DNA from: a virus
Taxonomy: Duplodnaviria > Caudoviricetes
Direction: 5' to 3' (one strand)
DNA length: 43,113 bases
IMG/VR virus record: IMGVR_UViG_3300017565_000026
Span: 1-43,113 of that record
Every line of letters begins with the position of its first letter. Within the stretch, counting starts at the first letter, position 1. The position numbers and the translations under genes are program-made. Positions 23,049 through 32,862 of the stretch are shown here, in pieces. A model generated the notes under the pieces. That model was given only the letters and a program-made list of their open reading frames with translations. It had not been told where the DNA came from and searched no databases.

Positions 23049-24635
23049 TCATGGCTGCACGATCCCGCGAATGAAGTAGCGAACGCCGATGGGGTTCGGC
23101 AGGTCGTAGGATTCTTTCACATCGGAGCCATCAACGTAGCGCCGTGACCAGTTGTCGGGAGAAGCCCAGAACGTTGCGAGATTGTTATCGATCTGGCCGA
23201 GCATGGAGACGTTTGACGGCGGGCCCCAGCCGCCTGGATAATTGTAGAGAAGGCTCACGAATGGCGTAGAGACGCAGTTCGGGAACACAATTGAGAACTT
23301 CAGGAACGGAAGGAAGCCGTTATTTGTGAACGGCACCGTCGCTTTCACCTTGCCGAAGAGGTTATGTTCGCCAGCTGGCGCAGCACCGAAGGAAGAAATG
23401 GGGATGAAGCCTTCCTTGATGATCTGGAGCGTTGGAAAGCGCGTATCCAAGAGGATATCGTTCGGACGCGACGCCGGATCTGTCGTGCCTGGCTTTTTCA
23501 GTTGTGTGAAGGCGGTCGTTCCGTCGTGGCCGGTGAACTCGACCAGGCTGCCACCAGTCGACGTTCCCGATCGATCAACATTGGTTACGGCAAACCGGAT
23601 GTCGATCGGATCCGTACCTTCGTTGTATATGGTGACCGCATTGGGGGCCACGGAATAGCTGATGTTAAACCGGGTTTCGCGGACGTAGCCGGCGGCGATA
23701 AACCCCGGCACATACCAAGGCTGCCCAACCCGCCGATACATAAACTCAGTTACTGCCGTGTCGGAAATCACCACCCCGACTGGCGGATAGAGGGTGACCG
23801 AGCTGTCAGCCGGAATATTATATCGATCGCCAGCCATAATGCACAAAGCAGGTGAGCGATCGCTGTCGATGATCTTTGTGTGCCAGCCGGCGTCATATAC
23901 CCCGTAACCAGGGCGTGACAGTTTGCACTCTGATCGGTTTTGCACATAGGTGAGCAGGTTCGGCACATAATTATAGGTGCGCATCAGGGAGGCGTCTGCC
24001 GGCAGATCCCAAAGGTTCGGATAGACAACAGCCTGGTCGCGGTTATCGTTATAGACAGTGCGCACGATCGGCACCACCCATTCGCCAAGCCCGATCCGGT
24101 TCAATGCATCATTGAGCAGACCATTATAGGTGAGCTGGGGAACTTGTGTCGTGTATGACGTGGAAAAGCCGGTGACACGCAGCATGCGGTAATTGAACTG
24201 GTAGCTGTCAACATAGCCCTTTTCCGAGCTGCCACTGTCATATACGAGCTGCACCCTGCGGGTTCCCGCAGACACCCTGCCCGTATTCAGGTCTTTTTCT
24301 CGCAGTTCCGGGATCGGCGGGTAGCTCATCTCGGGAAGAATGTAATTCACCCGATAAGCAAGAATGACCGAGTTGAACGACGAACCGCCAGGACCACGGC
24401 GCCCTGATATCCGATTGCCGTATAGATCGAAGTCGATAGGAAGCGCCGCCAGGTCGGCGGCGCGGAAATAGAACGGCTCGGCAGTAAGCCCGTAACTGAG
24501 GTTCTGGTTTTCTGAATTGAACAGATAGCGGTCAAATGCATCGTTCGGCAGGGTCCGAGCATCATCGCCGTTATATTTCAGAACCTTCAGCACAGGACCT
24601 GCACCCGGCTTATACCCCTTGAAGAGCTGGGTCAT
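23049..24635 (-). CDS. Tail tip / putative receptor-binding protein
   Basis: 528 aa beta-rich protein between the central tail protein and the fibre. Confidence 0.55.
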   Translation of the reverse strand: MTQLFKGYKPGAGPVLKVLKYNGDDARTLPNDAFDRYLFNSENQNLSYGLTAEPFYFRAADLAALPIDFDLYGNRISGRRGPGGSSFNSVILAYRVNYILPEMSYPPIPELREKDLNTGRVSAGTRRVQLVYDSGSSEKGYVDSYQFNYRMLRVTGFSTSYTTQVPQLTYNGLLNDALNRIGLGEWVVPIVRTVYNDNRDQAVVYPNLWDLPADASLMRTYNYVPNLLTYVQNRSECKLSRPGYGVYDAGWHTKIIDSDRSPALCIMAGDRYNIPADSSVTLYPPVGVVISDTAVTEFMYRRVGQPWYVPGFIAAGYVRETRFNISYSVAPNAVTIYNEGTDPIDIRFAVTNVDRSGTSTGGSLVEFTGHDGTTAFTQLKKPGTTDPASRPNDILLDTRFPTLQIIKEGFIPISSFGAAPAGEHNLFGKVKATVPFTNNGFLPFLKFSIVFPNCVSTPFVSLLYNYPGGWGPPSNVSMLGQIDNNLATFWASPDNWSRRYVDGSDVKESYDLPNPIGVRYFIRGIVQP

Positions 24636-27079
24636 GAATACATCCTGATATCTGCGAAATCGCCATAGCCCCGGATAATGAGCTTTCCGTTCGTGCTCTG
24701 CAGCTGATCAAAGAAGAGGGTCGCCAAGCGGATATCCTTCAGCTTCAACGTGCCATCTTCAAAAACGAACGGCAGATTGCGGCTTGTGCCGTCCCAGATC
24801 ACAAACTGGTTCGCCAGGTTGACGATGCGGCTCTTGAGAACGCCATTGTCGAGATAGACCTGAATAACCATGCCCGATTGAATGAAAGCGTCATTCACCG
24901 TAGCGCGGGCGAGGATTGCTATTTCGGACAGAACACCAGCAGGCGGAGGAACTTGCGCCTTGAACGAGATCAAGCCGCCTGCAGAGACATTATCAACCAT
25001 GGCCTGGACGCCGAGCATGGCCTCCGCAATAGCCGTGACCTCGCCATCGATTTCCGCAATCGTCGCCTTTTGCTCCAGAAATGATGCAGCCAGAGCGTTA
25101 TTGGTTTTTACGACCGCAGCGGTTGTGTTGAAATTCTGTCCCGCACCAACCGCTGTTGCCGCCGCCAAACGTTCAACCAGATCATCGTAGTCGTCATTGA
25201 TCTTCTGAATGTTCTTGAGCACGTCTTTCAACGACTCGCGGGTCTGTTCGAGATCGACCAGGACGCTTTGCATGCCGGTCGCAGTGACCGTCGTTTTCCA
25301 AGGCGTCCAGGACTTGAAACGATCCGGCACTGTCGTGATCGTCGCCCTACCCTGATAGAACCGGCCTGACTGGACGTTCTTGCCGGTGATGTATGTTCCA
25401 TCTTCTGGAAACTTACAGGTATCTTCCAGAAGTTCCGCATCATCGGCAATGCGATAGGAAAACCGCACTTCCGTGATCGTCGGATCTTCCGGCGGCGTCC
25501 AGGTGAAACGCAAGACGGGCTGTTCATAGCCATCAGTGCCCTTCAACATCCCAACTTCAATGTTGAAGTTCTGCACCGTCGACAGCAGCGACGGATTAAA
25601 CGGTTCGGTCGGGGGGATGACAATCGGACCAGGCTGAATATCATCTTCTGAATAGACGGCGCCGGATGTTTCGCTGAGAATGAGCGTGAAGCGAAAATCC
25701 TCGCTGCAGCGCCATTCCTCGACCATCCAGTCGCGACCTTCATAGGAAACCCAGTCGCCTTCCTGGGCAAATGTGCCGATACGCCAGCTGACAGGCAGCG
25801 TGACCTTGCCGCCCAGTCGCTGCTGGCGGTACCGGATGTTGAGCAGATATTGCGCCGTGTCCGCGTCCGTCACCTGCAGGAAGTCATTGGCCGTCTGCCG
25901 GCGTCGACCATCGGCTGACACATCAGCATTGACGATGATCGGCTTGAGGCTTTCCGATCCCCAATTACTTTCAGGCGAGGTAAATTGCCCCGACATCATG
26001 TTGTAGAGATCGAAGGCCGACTTGCGATAGGAGATCTCACCTTCACGCACGGCAGGAATGTCGTCAGCGCCGATATTCACAACCGGCACCTGCGGCGCAC
26101 CGGCAATCACGCCTGACAAACCCCTGCGATTGAGCGCAAAGCCCGCCATCGCATCCTCAAATTCCTTGAGGATCTCGGTATGATCATCGTCGCCAGTCAC
26201 CCACAGATTGCAGGTGTAGCGAAGCTTGCCCTTGCGCAATTCCTCACAAACGTTGATGGACGCGATATAGGACGATAGATCGAGCTGGCCGATCGTCTTG
26301 CCTTCACCGATGATCGTGCGGCCTGAAACCAAACCGCGCAGGCCCAACTGATAATTCATCCGCTGCAGGGCTGGATTGAGCGTGAATTCCCATGTCGCCG
26401 GATTGTCCAGACTATGCGGTCCGGATCCGCCGGCGACAGATCCATCTTTGCGCACATCATAGCAACGCAGGCCACGAAGCACCCATTCGATCTCGATACG
26501 GCCCTTTTCAAATTTGTCGCCGTCGTATTTTCGCTCGAACACCACATAGGCATGGCCGGCGCATCGGCTGGTAGCTTTCCAGCTGCGCCCCAGAAGAGCA
26601 GTATCATTGACAAGCTTCTGATCGACGGGCTGACCGGGGCGACCATCGTAAAAGCGGATCGAGATCAGATCCTCAAAACCAGCCACTCCGAAATGCGATG
26701 TCTCGCCGCCGATTACAGGGCGAGCGACCAGCTCATAGCGCTGGCCGTAAAAATAGACATACGGCTCCAACCCGTCACACCAGCCATTGGCAAGCAGATA
26801 AACATCGGCATTGTACTTATTTCCGGATCCCCATTTCGCGTAAAAAACCCGGTGCCCGCGTGTCTTGCCGACGCCAAAGAGCGTCTGGGCAGCAACGTCA
26901 GCGCCGTACTGGATCTCGCCCTGCACGGCAGAATACTTGCGGGACTTATTACGATTCAGATAGCTGGTAATGCCGAGCTTTGCAGCAAATGCCAGACCGC
27001 CAGCAATAAGCGATGCGGCCAGAAGCGAGCCGCCAAAGAGCGCGCCCGCTATGGCCGTGCCAATAGCAGTAAAAATCAT
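24632..27079 (-). CDS. Central tail tip / host-specificity protein (J-like)
   Basis: 815 aa; LRGLRCYDVR..WEFTLNPAL tail-hub pattern, FN3-like segment, coiled coil, C-terminal ANQFVI..PFVFE. Confidence 0.75.
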   Translation of the reverse strand: MIFTAIGTAIAGALFGGSLLAASLIAGGLAFAAKLGITSYLNRNKSRKYSAVQGEIQYGADVAAQTLFGVGKTRGHRVFYAKWGSGNKYNADVYLLANGWCDGLEPYVYFYGQRYELVARPVIGGETSHFGVAGFEDLISIRFYDGRPGQPVDQKLVNDTALLGRSWKATSRCAGHAYVVFERKYDGDKFEKGRIEIEWVLRGLRCYDVRKDGSVAGGSGPHSLDNPATWEFTLNPALQRMNYQLGLRGLVSGRTIIGEGKTIGQLDLSSYIASINVCEELRKGKLRYTCNLWVTGDDDHTEILKEFEDAMAGFALNRRGLSGVIAGAPQVPVVNIGADDIPAVREGEISYRKSAFDLYNMMSGQFTSPESNWGSESLKPIIVNADVSADGRRRQTANDFLQVTDADTAQYLLNIRYRQQRLGGKVTLPVSWRIGTFAQEGDWVSYEGRDWMVEEWRCSEDFRFTLILSETSGAVYSEDDIQPGPIVIPPTEPFNPSLLSTVQNFNIEVGMLKGTDGYEQPVLRFTWTPPEDPTITEVRFSYRIADDAELLEDTCKFPEDGTYITGKNVQSGRFYQGRATITTVPDRFKSWTPWKTTVTATGMQSVLVDLEQTRESLKDVLKNIQKINDDYDDLVERLAAATAVGAGQNFNTTAAVVKTNNALAASFLEQKATIAEIDGEVTAIAEAMLGVQAMVDNVSAGGLISFKAQVPPPAGVLSEIAILARATVNDAFIQSGMVIQVYLDNGVLKSRIVNLANQFVIWDGTSRNLPFVFEDGTLKLKDIRLATLFFDQLQSTNGKLIIRGYGDFADIRMYS

Positions 27080-27103
27080 AGTGATTTTGCCCTTGATGTC
27101 CGC

Positions 27104-27505
27104 TTAGACGCGAAACGCAGCGATACAGTCACTCACGCGGTGATATGTCGGACCATCGGCGGTTTTGGTCACAAATCGGCCTGATGCGCCGAGGCAAACA
27201 CCAACGTGCTCGCCGCCGTCGATCACGATGACGACGATATCGCCAACTTGCGCCGACGCCGGCCCGATGGGAGTAAGGTGAGTTTCGAAGAAGGTCACAA
27301 GCGACTTGTGTCCGCGCCGGCGCAGCGCCTTTTGTGCCCCGGCAAGTGTTTTATAGGTTCCGCCATAGCGGCCCACCAGGTCGCGGCTGGCATCGAATGC
27401 GTCCGCCACCTGGCAACCAAGCATGAAACAGTCAGCCAGCCCATAGATGTATGGCTTTTCCAGTTCTTCCTGCAGTACGGGCCGCAAAATCTCATAGCGC
27501 GTCAT
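27104..27505 (-). CDS. NlpC/P60-like tail tip protein (DUF6950-like)
   Basis: PYIYGLADC..AQVGDIV..HVGVCLG with Cys/His dyad. Confidence 0.75.
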   Translation of the reverse strand: MTRYEILRPVLQEELEKPYIYGLADCFMLGCQVADAFDASRDLVGRYGGTYKTLAGAQKALRRRGHKSLVTFFETHLTPIGPASAQVGDIVVIVIDGGEHVGVCLGASGRFVTKTADGPTYHRVSDCIAAFRV

Positions 27506-28092
27506 CGCTGCCCCCATTCCTCGATATCAGTCGAGGTGACTGACGCATATTCCATGCATGTATCGTTTGGATCATTGTCGAACTGCTGTTCGGCCTGCGA
27601 GCGGCGCACGAGTGTTGCGCCGCGCGCCGACCGGCCAGGCGGCTGCAGGTCGATTTTAATGTTGAGCGTGCGCGTGCCATCTTTTTGCATGGCACCCTTG
27701 GGATACGTCACCCGGTCGATTTCGTAGATGTACGAAACCATCACGCCGACCACTTCATTCGTATCCCGAACACCGGCCAGATGACTGATCACAACGGGAG
27801 CGTTGAGATAATCAAATTGCTCGATCTTGGCGATCAGATCGTCCGGATCTGCCGTTGGAATATTCGAGAACTTGATCGTCCGCGTGGTCACTGAAACGCC
27901 GATCGCGCTGTTCATCGACCCCGGCTCCAGGAAGCGGTTAGGAAGGTACCGCAACCCGTTATAGGTGAATGGTCGACCACCGCGATGATACCCGACCGAC
28001 CTGCCCGGCAGATCAAAGCGTATGAGATCGAGGCGCGCCATATTGCCGGTATTGACCAGAGACTTAACGGCGGGATCGAGACTATTACTCAT
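27502..28092 (-). CDS. Minor tail / hub protein
   Basis: Between Dit and the NlpC-like gene; RRSQAEQQ..D..MEY..IEEWG end. Confidence 0.65.
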   Translation of the reverse strand: MSNSLDPAVKSLVNTGNMARLDLIRFDLPGRSVGYHRGGRPFTYNGLRYLPNRFLEPGSMNSAIGVSVTTRTIKFSNIPTADPDDLIAKIEQFDYLNAPVVISHLAGVRDTNEVVGVMVSYIYEIDRVTYPKGAMQKDGTRTLNIKIDLQPPGRSARGATLVRRSQAEQQFDNDPNDTCMEYASVTSTDIEEWGQR

Positions 28093-28717
28093 AATAGAAC
28101 ATCTCCGTTGCCGAAAAACTCACGTTGCGATCGGCCATCGACCTCGGCGCAGACCAGCTGCCGGCATCAATCTGCATAAGGCAGCTGGCCTGATAGAAAT
28201 TGACCACGCACGGAACTACAAAATGCTGCAGATCGACGGGATAGCTAAACTGCACGGTAGCCCGGCCCACTGCGCTGGCTGTCGCAGCAGCTACAATCCG
28301 ATGCAAAGATCGAACGAAGGTCGAGCGCCTGAATTCCAGGTAATCGCCCTCGACCAGCTGGAAGCCTGCCGGCAGATCCTGCAGCTCAGCAGACACCGCA
28401 CTGATGAATGACCGAACATTCGCCAGACCGGTAAAACCCGCAGGAAAGCCGCCCAGGTATTTCAACGGTTTCTGCCGATCGACGTCGTAACCCAGAAAGA
28501 AGCCGCCATTGTCGGAACACTTCATCTGAAACGCAGTCATTAGACCAGCTTGCTCACGCGTCAGAAAATCGGTTCGGTATTTTGCGACCCAGTAAGGCGT
28601 GCCGGTCGATTGAGCTTCGACCCGCCGCCCATCCATACGCTCAGTGCTAGATGGACGGATCGGATCAAACTCACATTGCGAAAATGGAACCGACGGAAGA
28701 TTGACAACCGCTACCAT
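28085..28717 (-). CDS. Distal tail protein (Dit-like)
   Basis: First gene after the tape measure, 210 aa. Confidence 0.6.
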   Translation of the reverse strand: MVAVVNLPSVPFSQCEFDPIRPSSTERMDGRRVEAQSTGTPYWVAKYRTDFLTREQAGLMTAFQMKCSDNGGFFLGYDVDRQKPLKYLGGFPAGFTGLANVRSFISAVSAELQDLPAGFQLVEGDYLEFRRSTFVRSLHRIVAAATASAVGRATVQFSYPVDLQHFVVPCVVNFYQASCLMQIDAGSWSAPRSMADRNVSFSATEMFYYE

Positions 28718-31629
28718 GAATCACCGTTCTGCCGTCTGTTTTGATGGTTTTCGTCATTTTGCTGGACGATGCTCACGGCCTGTTTTCCGCTCTGCTCAAG
28801 GATGCTGCCAACGAGATCCGGAGACAGCTCGACTGTTATGACCGTTCGCCCGTCACCGCTGGAAGCGCCAGCGTCAGACGTTGACGAGCGCCCAAAGGTT
28901 CGAACCCCGAGGCTGCCATCGCTGCCACGTGCAAGCGGCATGATTGCTTCCTCACCCGCTTCACCCATCAGGCCAACGCCCTTTGCAAAAGCAAACATCG
29001 TCGGCTTTGAAACGATCTGATTGGTGAAATTGCCACTGAAAGACGACAATCGGTTCGGGAAAACGCCGCCATTTGCATAGAGTCCGACGCCTGGTGCAGA
29101 AGGGAAGAAGCTGGAGCCGCCGCCACTGAAAAGCCCGCCAAGAAAGCCGAACAGTCCGCCGCCGCCACCACCAATCCCAGCGCCAGCCTGCCCCACCTGC
29201 ATAATGGCGTTGATCACGTCATTGAGCATCTTGTCGACCAAACGATCGAGAACACTGAGACCGGCTTTGCCCAGTTCCTCAATCGTTATCTTGCCGTCGT
29301 CGAAAGCGCTCACCAAAGACTGGCCGAAACTCAAAGCCATATCCCTGTTTTCTGCGAGCTGCTCATTCAAGCGGATCTGGCCTGCCAGCAACTGCCCCTG
29401 GCTGGACACTGGATCAATGCCGGAACTGCGAAGCGTTGAGGCAACGCGCTGTTCAGTCGAGCTGCGAAACAACTGGTCACGTTCAAAGCGCAGTTCTTCA
29501 GACAAGGTTAGCGCGGCAACACGCTCCGCGACCTTGCCGTAAGACACTGCCAGGCGCTCCAATTCCTGCCGATGTTCATCAGAGAGCGCCCTGCCCTTGT
29601 CCTGTGCCTTCTGGATCAGCTCAAGCTTCATCCTGTATGTATCGGCAGCAACGCCGGTTTTACCGACAAGCTGCTCTTCCAGGCCCATCTGGTCGATGCG
29701 GTCCTGTGCGGATTTCACCAAATCGCGATAGGCATTCGCATCACGCTCTGCTTGACGTTCCGCCGACGATTTTCGTGGCTGCCTCTCAAGTTCCCGCTTT
29801 TGGGTCTGAAGCTTACTGACCGCGTCGTTTTCAGCGCCGAAACGAGAATTGAAATTCAAATCGCTTAGTGGTCGATTAGGCTGTGAAGGATCATAGCCCA
29901 AGTCGTTTTTGGGTGTCGTATTGGCAAAGCCGCTGGCAGTTTCCTTGGCGAGCTGCATCGCTTCCACGAGCGAAAGGATCTCGCCACGCGCATCCCGGAG
30001 ATCAGGACTCGCGAACGACAGATTATTGATCGCCGTAAACAGACGCTGCGCGCTCAGCTCGCCGCCCTTGAACTTCTCCCAGAGATCCTGAAGCTCTCGA
30101 TTGGCACGGTTCGGCTGCAGTCGATTGATGGCGGTTTCGACATTTTGCACGGATGTCGCATAATCATTTAAAGTGCCGGAGACTTCACCCAGCTTGCGTT
30201 GAGACACCGCCGCCTCTTCCGTGGCTCTAATCAGTGATTGAGCAACCTCTTCTGAGATCACACCGGCCTCACGAAGCTTGCCTATGTCCTCACGGAATTT
30301 GATGACTGCCGGTCGGCCACGTTCGACTGATTGCTGGAAAGCTTCAATCTCCTTGCTCGCAGCTTCAAAGCGAGATCCAAACAGTGAAAAGCCTTCAGTT
30401 TTGGCCAACTCACCGAGCGCAACTTGTGCATCCGCCAGCAATCGCTTTCGTGCGTCACCTTGATCGACGCGAAGCTTGATCGCAACCACGGCCTCAGACT
30501 CCGCAAAAAAGCGCTTTTGGTCTTCGATAACCTTTGCGTATGCGGGACCGATCGACAGAATGTTCTCGCGATGACGCGAAAGAATGTCGTCGGCTGAGGG
30601 GATCTTGTCCTCTAGATTGATAACATACTGCAGCAACGCCACACCGGCAGCGATCGAGCCAATAGTGACCAACGATATGGGATTGACGAGCTGCATGAAA
30701 GCAGACGCGACAGACGGGCCGATCCGCTCACCGCTAGCCTTGATATCGTTAAAAACCTGCGCGACTTGCGGACCCTGCTGTAGAGCAACCGTGTAGAACG
30801 GCATAAAGCCCGCCGTCGCGACAATGTCGAAACCCTGAGCAGCAAGATTGGACGTGTTGAAGTGACTCGGGCCACCAGACCGGGCGTCATTCCGCTGCTT
30901 CAATGCCGCTATGTTTTCGAGCGCCGCCTTGCGTTCACGCTGCAACGCTGAGGTCATTTCATCGACCGAGAGCGCGCCTACGGAATGCGCCTGCCGGATA
31001 TCTGCCTGCACCGCACGATACTGCTGTATCACAGCGAAGAGCGGATTGTACTTTGCCCGTAAATTATCGAGTTCACGCCCATAGGCCGCAATATCGCTGC
31101 CACGAGCATCGCTCGTAATGCCATCGGTTACGCCAAGGCGTCGATTGTAGGCGAGTTGGGCAGACTGGGCCACTGCAAGCTTATTTTGCGCGCTCGCCGC
31201 ACGTTCGGCCACGAGAGCCTGCACTTCAAGCCGTTGATTGAGCAACGAAACCAACGGAGCGAGACTCACATGGCCTTGCTGCACGAGGGTCATCGCGTCG
31301 GCGACCAGACCGTATTTCTTATAGGCAGCATCCAGCAGCACCGCAGCGCGATCAAGGTCCATGCCGCGATCGACGCCACGACCGATGGCCCGAAGCGTGC
31401 TTTCGAACTTGGCCGCATTGTTATAGCCGTCAATAAGCGCCTTGCTTAGTCGAACAGAGCCATTGGCCGTCTTTTCCATCGCCGCATCAGTTTGGGCCAA
31501 CGCTGCACCCACCGATTTGCTCGACTGCGCACCGGCCTTGTCGGCAGCGACCTTTTGGTCCATGCCCCGCTTATAATTGGCCGGGTCAAAGTCAGCGGCA
31601 ACCCGTAGCGAACTAAGCTGAATTGTCAC
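28711..31629 (-). CDS. Tail tape measure protein
   Basis: 972 aa helical Ala-rich; VALQQGPQV motif; C-terminal ANGGVF..PTMF..GLMGEAGEEAIMPL. Confidence 0.92.
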   Translation of the reverse strand: MTIQLSSLRVAADFDPANYKRGMDQKVAADKAGAQSSKSVGAALAQTDAAMEKTANGSVRLSKALIDGYNNAAKFESTLRAIGRGVDRGMDLDRAAVLLDAAYKKYGLVADAMTLVQQGHVSLAPLVSLLNQRLEVQALVAERAASAQNKLAVAQSAQLAYNRRLGVTDGITSDARGSDIAAYGRELDNLRAKYNPLFAVIQQYRAVQADIRQAHSVGALSVDEMTSALQRERKAALENIAALKQRNDARSGGPSHFNTSNLAAQGFDIVATAGFMPFYTVALQQGPQVAQVFNDIKASGERIGPSVASAFMQLVNPISLVTIGSIAAGVALLQYVINLEDKIPSADDILSRHRENILSIGPAYAKVIEDQKRFFAESEAVVAIKLRVDQGDARKRLLADAQVALGELAKTEGFSLFGSRFEAASKEIEAFQQSVERGRPAVIKFREDIGKLREAGVISEEVAQSLIRATEEAAVSQRKLGEVSGTLNDYATSVQNVETAINRLQPNRANRELQDLWEKFKGGELSAQRLFTAINNLSFASPDLRDARGEILSLVEAMQLAKETASGFANTTPKNDLGYDPSQPNRPLSDLNFNSRFGAENDAVSKLQTQKRELERQPRKSSAERQAERDANAYRDLVKSAQDRIDQMGLEEQLVGKTGVAADTYRMKLELIQKAQDKGRALSDEHRQELERLAVSYGKVAERVAALTLSEELRFERDQLFRSSTEQRVASTLRSSGIDPVSSQGQLLAGQIRLNEQLAENRDMALSFGQSLVSAFDDGKITIEELGKAGLSVLDRLVDKMLNDVINAIMQVGQAGAGIGGGGGGLFGFLGGLFSGGGSSFFPSAPGVGLYANGGVFPNRLSSFSGNFTNQIVSKPTMFAFAKGVGLMGEAGEEAIMPLARGSDGSLGVRTFGRSSTSDAGASSGDGRTVITVELSPDLVGSILEQSGKQAVSIVQQNDENHQNRRQNGDSW

Positions 31630-31692
31630 AGCAGCACCTCAGCTGAAAAGAATCGGTTATCGTCAACCGTAATCAGGGACAGGGAACGGGAC

Positions 31693-32004
31693 ATGGCAGT
31701 CGACAGACAACAAATGCAGGTGATTATTGGTGCAGCACTGACAGCCGCACTATTTGTTGCAGGCGGATCCGCAATCTACCTCAAGCACAAGGACGATCAG
31801 CTACGCGCCGAACAAAGTGAGAGGGATTCTATCGATAGGTGCGAAGAAGCCATAAAGCGAACAAACAAGTACTCGCTTGTCCTCACAGACGATAATGTTC
31901 GACTGGGTCTGGAATGCAGCTGGATGTATCCGCAATTCAAATGGTTCAAAGCGTTGTATGACGAGCGCTCCCCAAATTCCCCCACAAGGAAGCCCGATAA
32001 CTAA
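31693..32004 (+). CDS. Counter-oriented moron, single-TM membrane protein
   Basis: N-terminal TM VIIGAALTAALFVAGGSAIYL, two Cys; inserted between the tail chaperone and TMP. Confidence 0.7.
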   Translation: MAVDRQQMQVIIGAALTAALFVAGGSAIYLKHKDDQLRAEQSERDSIDRCEEAIKRTNKYSLVLTDDNVRLGLECSWMYPQFKWFKALYDERSPNSPTRKPDN

Positions 32005-32363
32005 CCGGACTTCTGTTTCTGCAGCTCATGCAGATGATCGAGCCATTCGGCATCGATAGCCATAACCAACGCCCGGAACACATCGAACGCAACGCCCTCG
32101 ATGTGATACCGTCGGGCATAAATGTCCAATGCCTGAAAGCTGATAGGGCTTTCACCCCCAAGCGCACCGTATTGGCGATCATACCGAAGGAAGTGCCAAG
32201 CGCGGATGTAATAGCCATACCATTCCGGCCCGGTCGCCTCTGGTGGAGGCTTTGGGGCGGGGATTGCATCAAATGCATCAGGCTCAGACGCTCGCAGCTT
32301 GGATAGCCAGTCATCCTGCCCCTTCCGCTTGAGCTGATAGCGGAAGGCGACTCTCAGTTTTTT
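32001..32363 (-). CDS. Tail assembly chaperone, -1 frameshift extension (gpT-like)
   Basis: The -1 frame from the slippery site reads KKLRVAFRYQL..AWHFLRYDRQYG..PISFQALDIYARRY. Confidence 0.75.
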   Translation of the reverse strand, partial: KKLRVAFRYQLKRKGQDDWLSKLRASEPDAFDAIPAPKPPPEATGPEWYGYYIRAWHFLRYDRQYGALGGESPISFQALDIYARRYHIEGVAFDVFRALVMAIDAEWLDHLHELQKQKSG

Positions 32364-32773
32364 TCTGCGACTTGCAGAAACTCGACCTGACGCTTGCCCA
32401 CCTGACCGGCGCACCAGTACACCATATTGCGCACCAGTCGGCCTTCCTGCGAGGCAAGAAGCTGGCGAGCACCTACCGGGTGATATTTTTCATCAAGCCC
32501 GCGCCAATCGAGCAGTAAATGATCGGCGGCAAGCTCACCGTCGGCTGCACCAACCTCTTCGACCGGCACCGGGTCATTGTTGTATTTCTGCGCAAATTCC
32601 ACCTGCCGTTCTGTTTTGGCGGTCAGGTAGGCTGGAAAGTTGGTCGACCGCACCTTGAACGCCAGTCCGGGCAAATCACCGAGTCCAGGCCAACTCTTGA
32701 TGGGTACCCACTCGCCATCACGTTCGATTGCAACATCAGCCTTCAAGCTGCTGAGTTTGATTGTCTTTTCCAT
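32354..32773 (-). CDS. Tail assembly chaperone (gpG-like)
   Basis: After the major tail gene; LLLDWRGL motif; ends in slippery A AAA AAC TGA. Confidence 0.8.
   Translation of the reverse strand: MEKTIKLSSLKADVAIERDGEWVPIKSWPGLGDLPGLAFKVRSTNFPAYLTAKTERQVEFAQKYNNDPVPVEEVGAADGELAADHLLLDWRGLDEKYHPVGARQLLASQEGRLVRNMVYWCAGQVGKRQVEFLQVAEKN
32357..32363 (-). other. Programmed -1 ribosomal frameshift site
   Basis: GCA GAA AAA AAC TGA contains an X XXY YYZ heptamer, and the -1 frame stays open to 32001. Confidence 0.75.
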
Positions 32774-32862
32774 TGCATGATCCTTTGTCGGAAGGAGGCG
32801 GGACAGCGTCCGACACCGCTATCCCGCCGTTTTCGCGCGAAACCCGTATCGGCGGTACGATG

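Noticed and set aside
22139-24635. Diversity-generating retroelement or invertible tail-fibre cassette
   Set aside because: No RT or invertase, and no template/variable repeat pair or flanking inverted repeats seen by eye.
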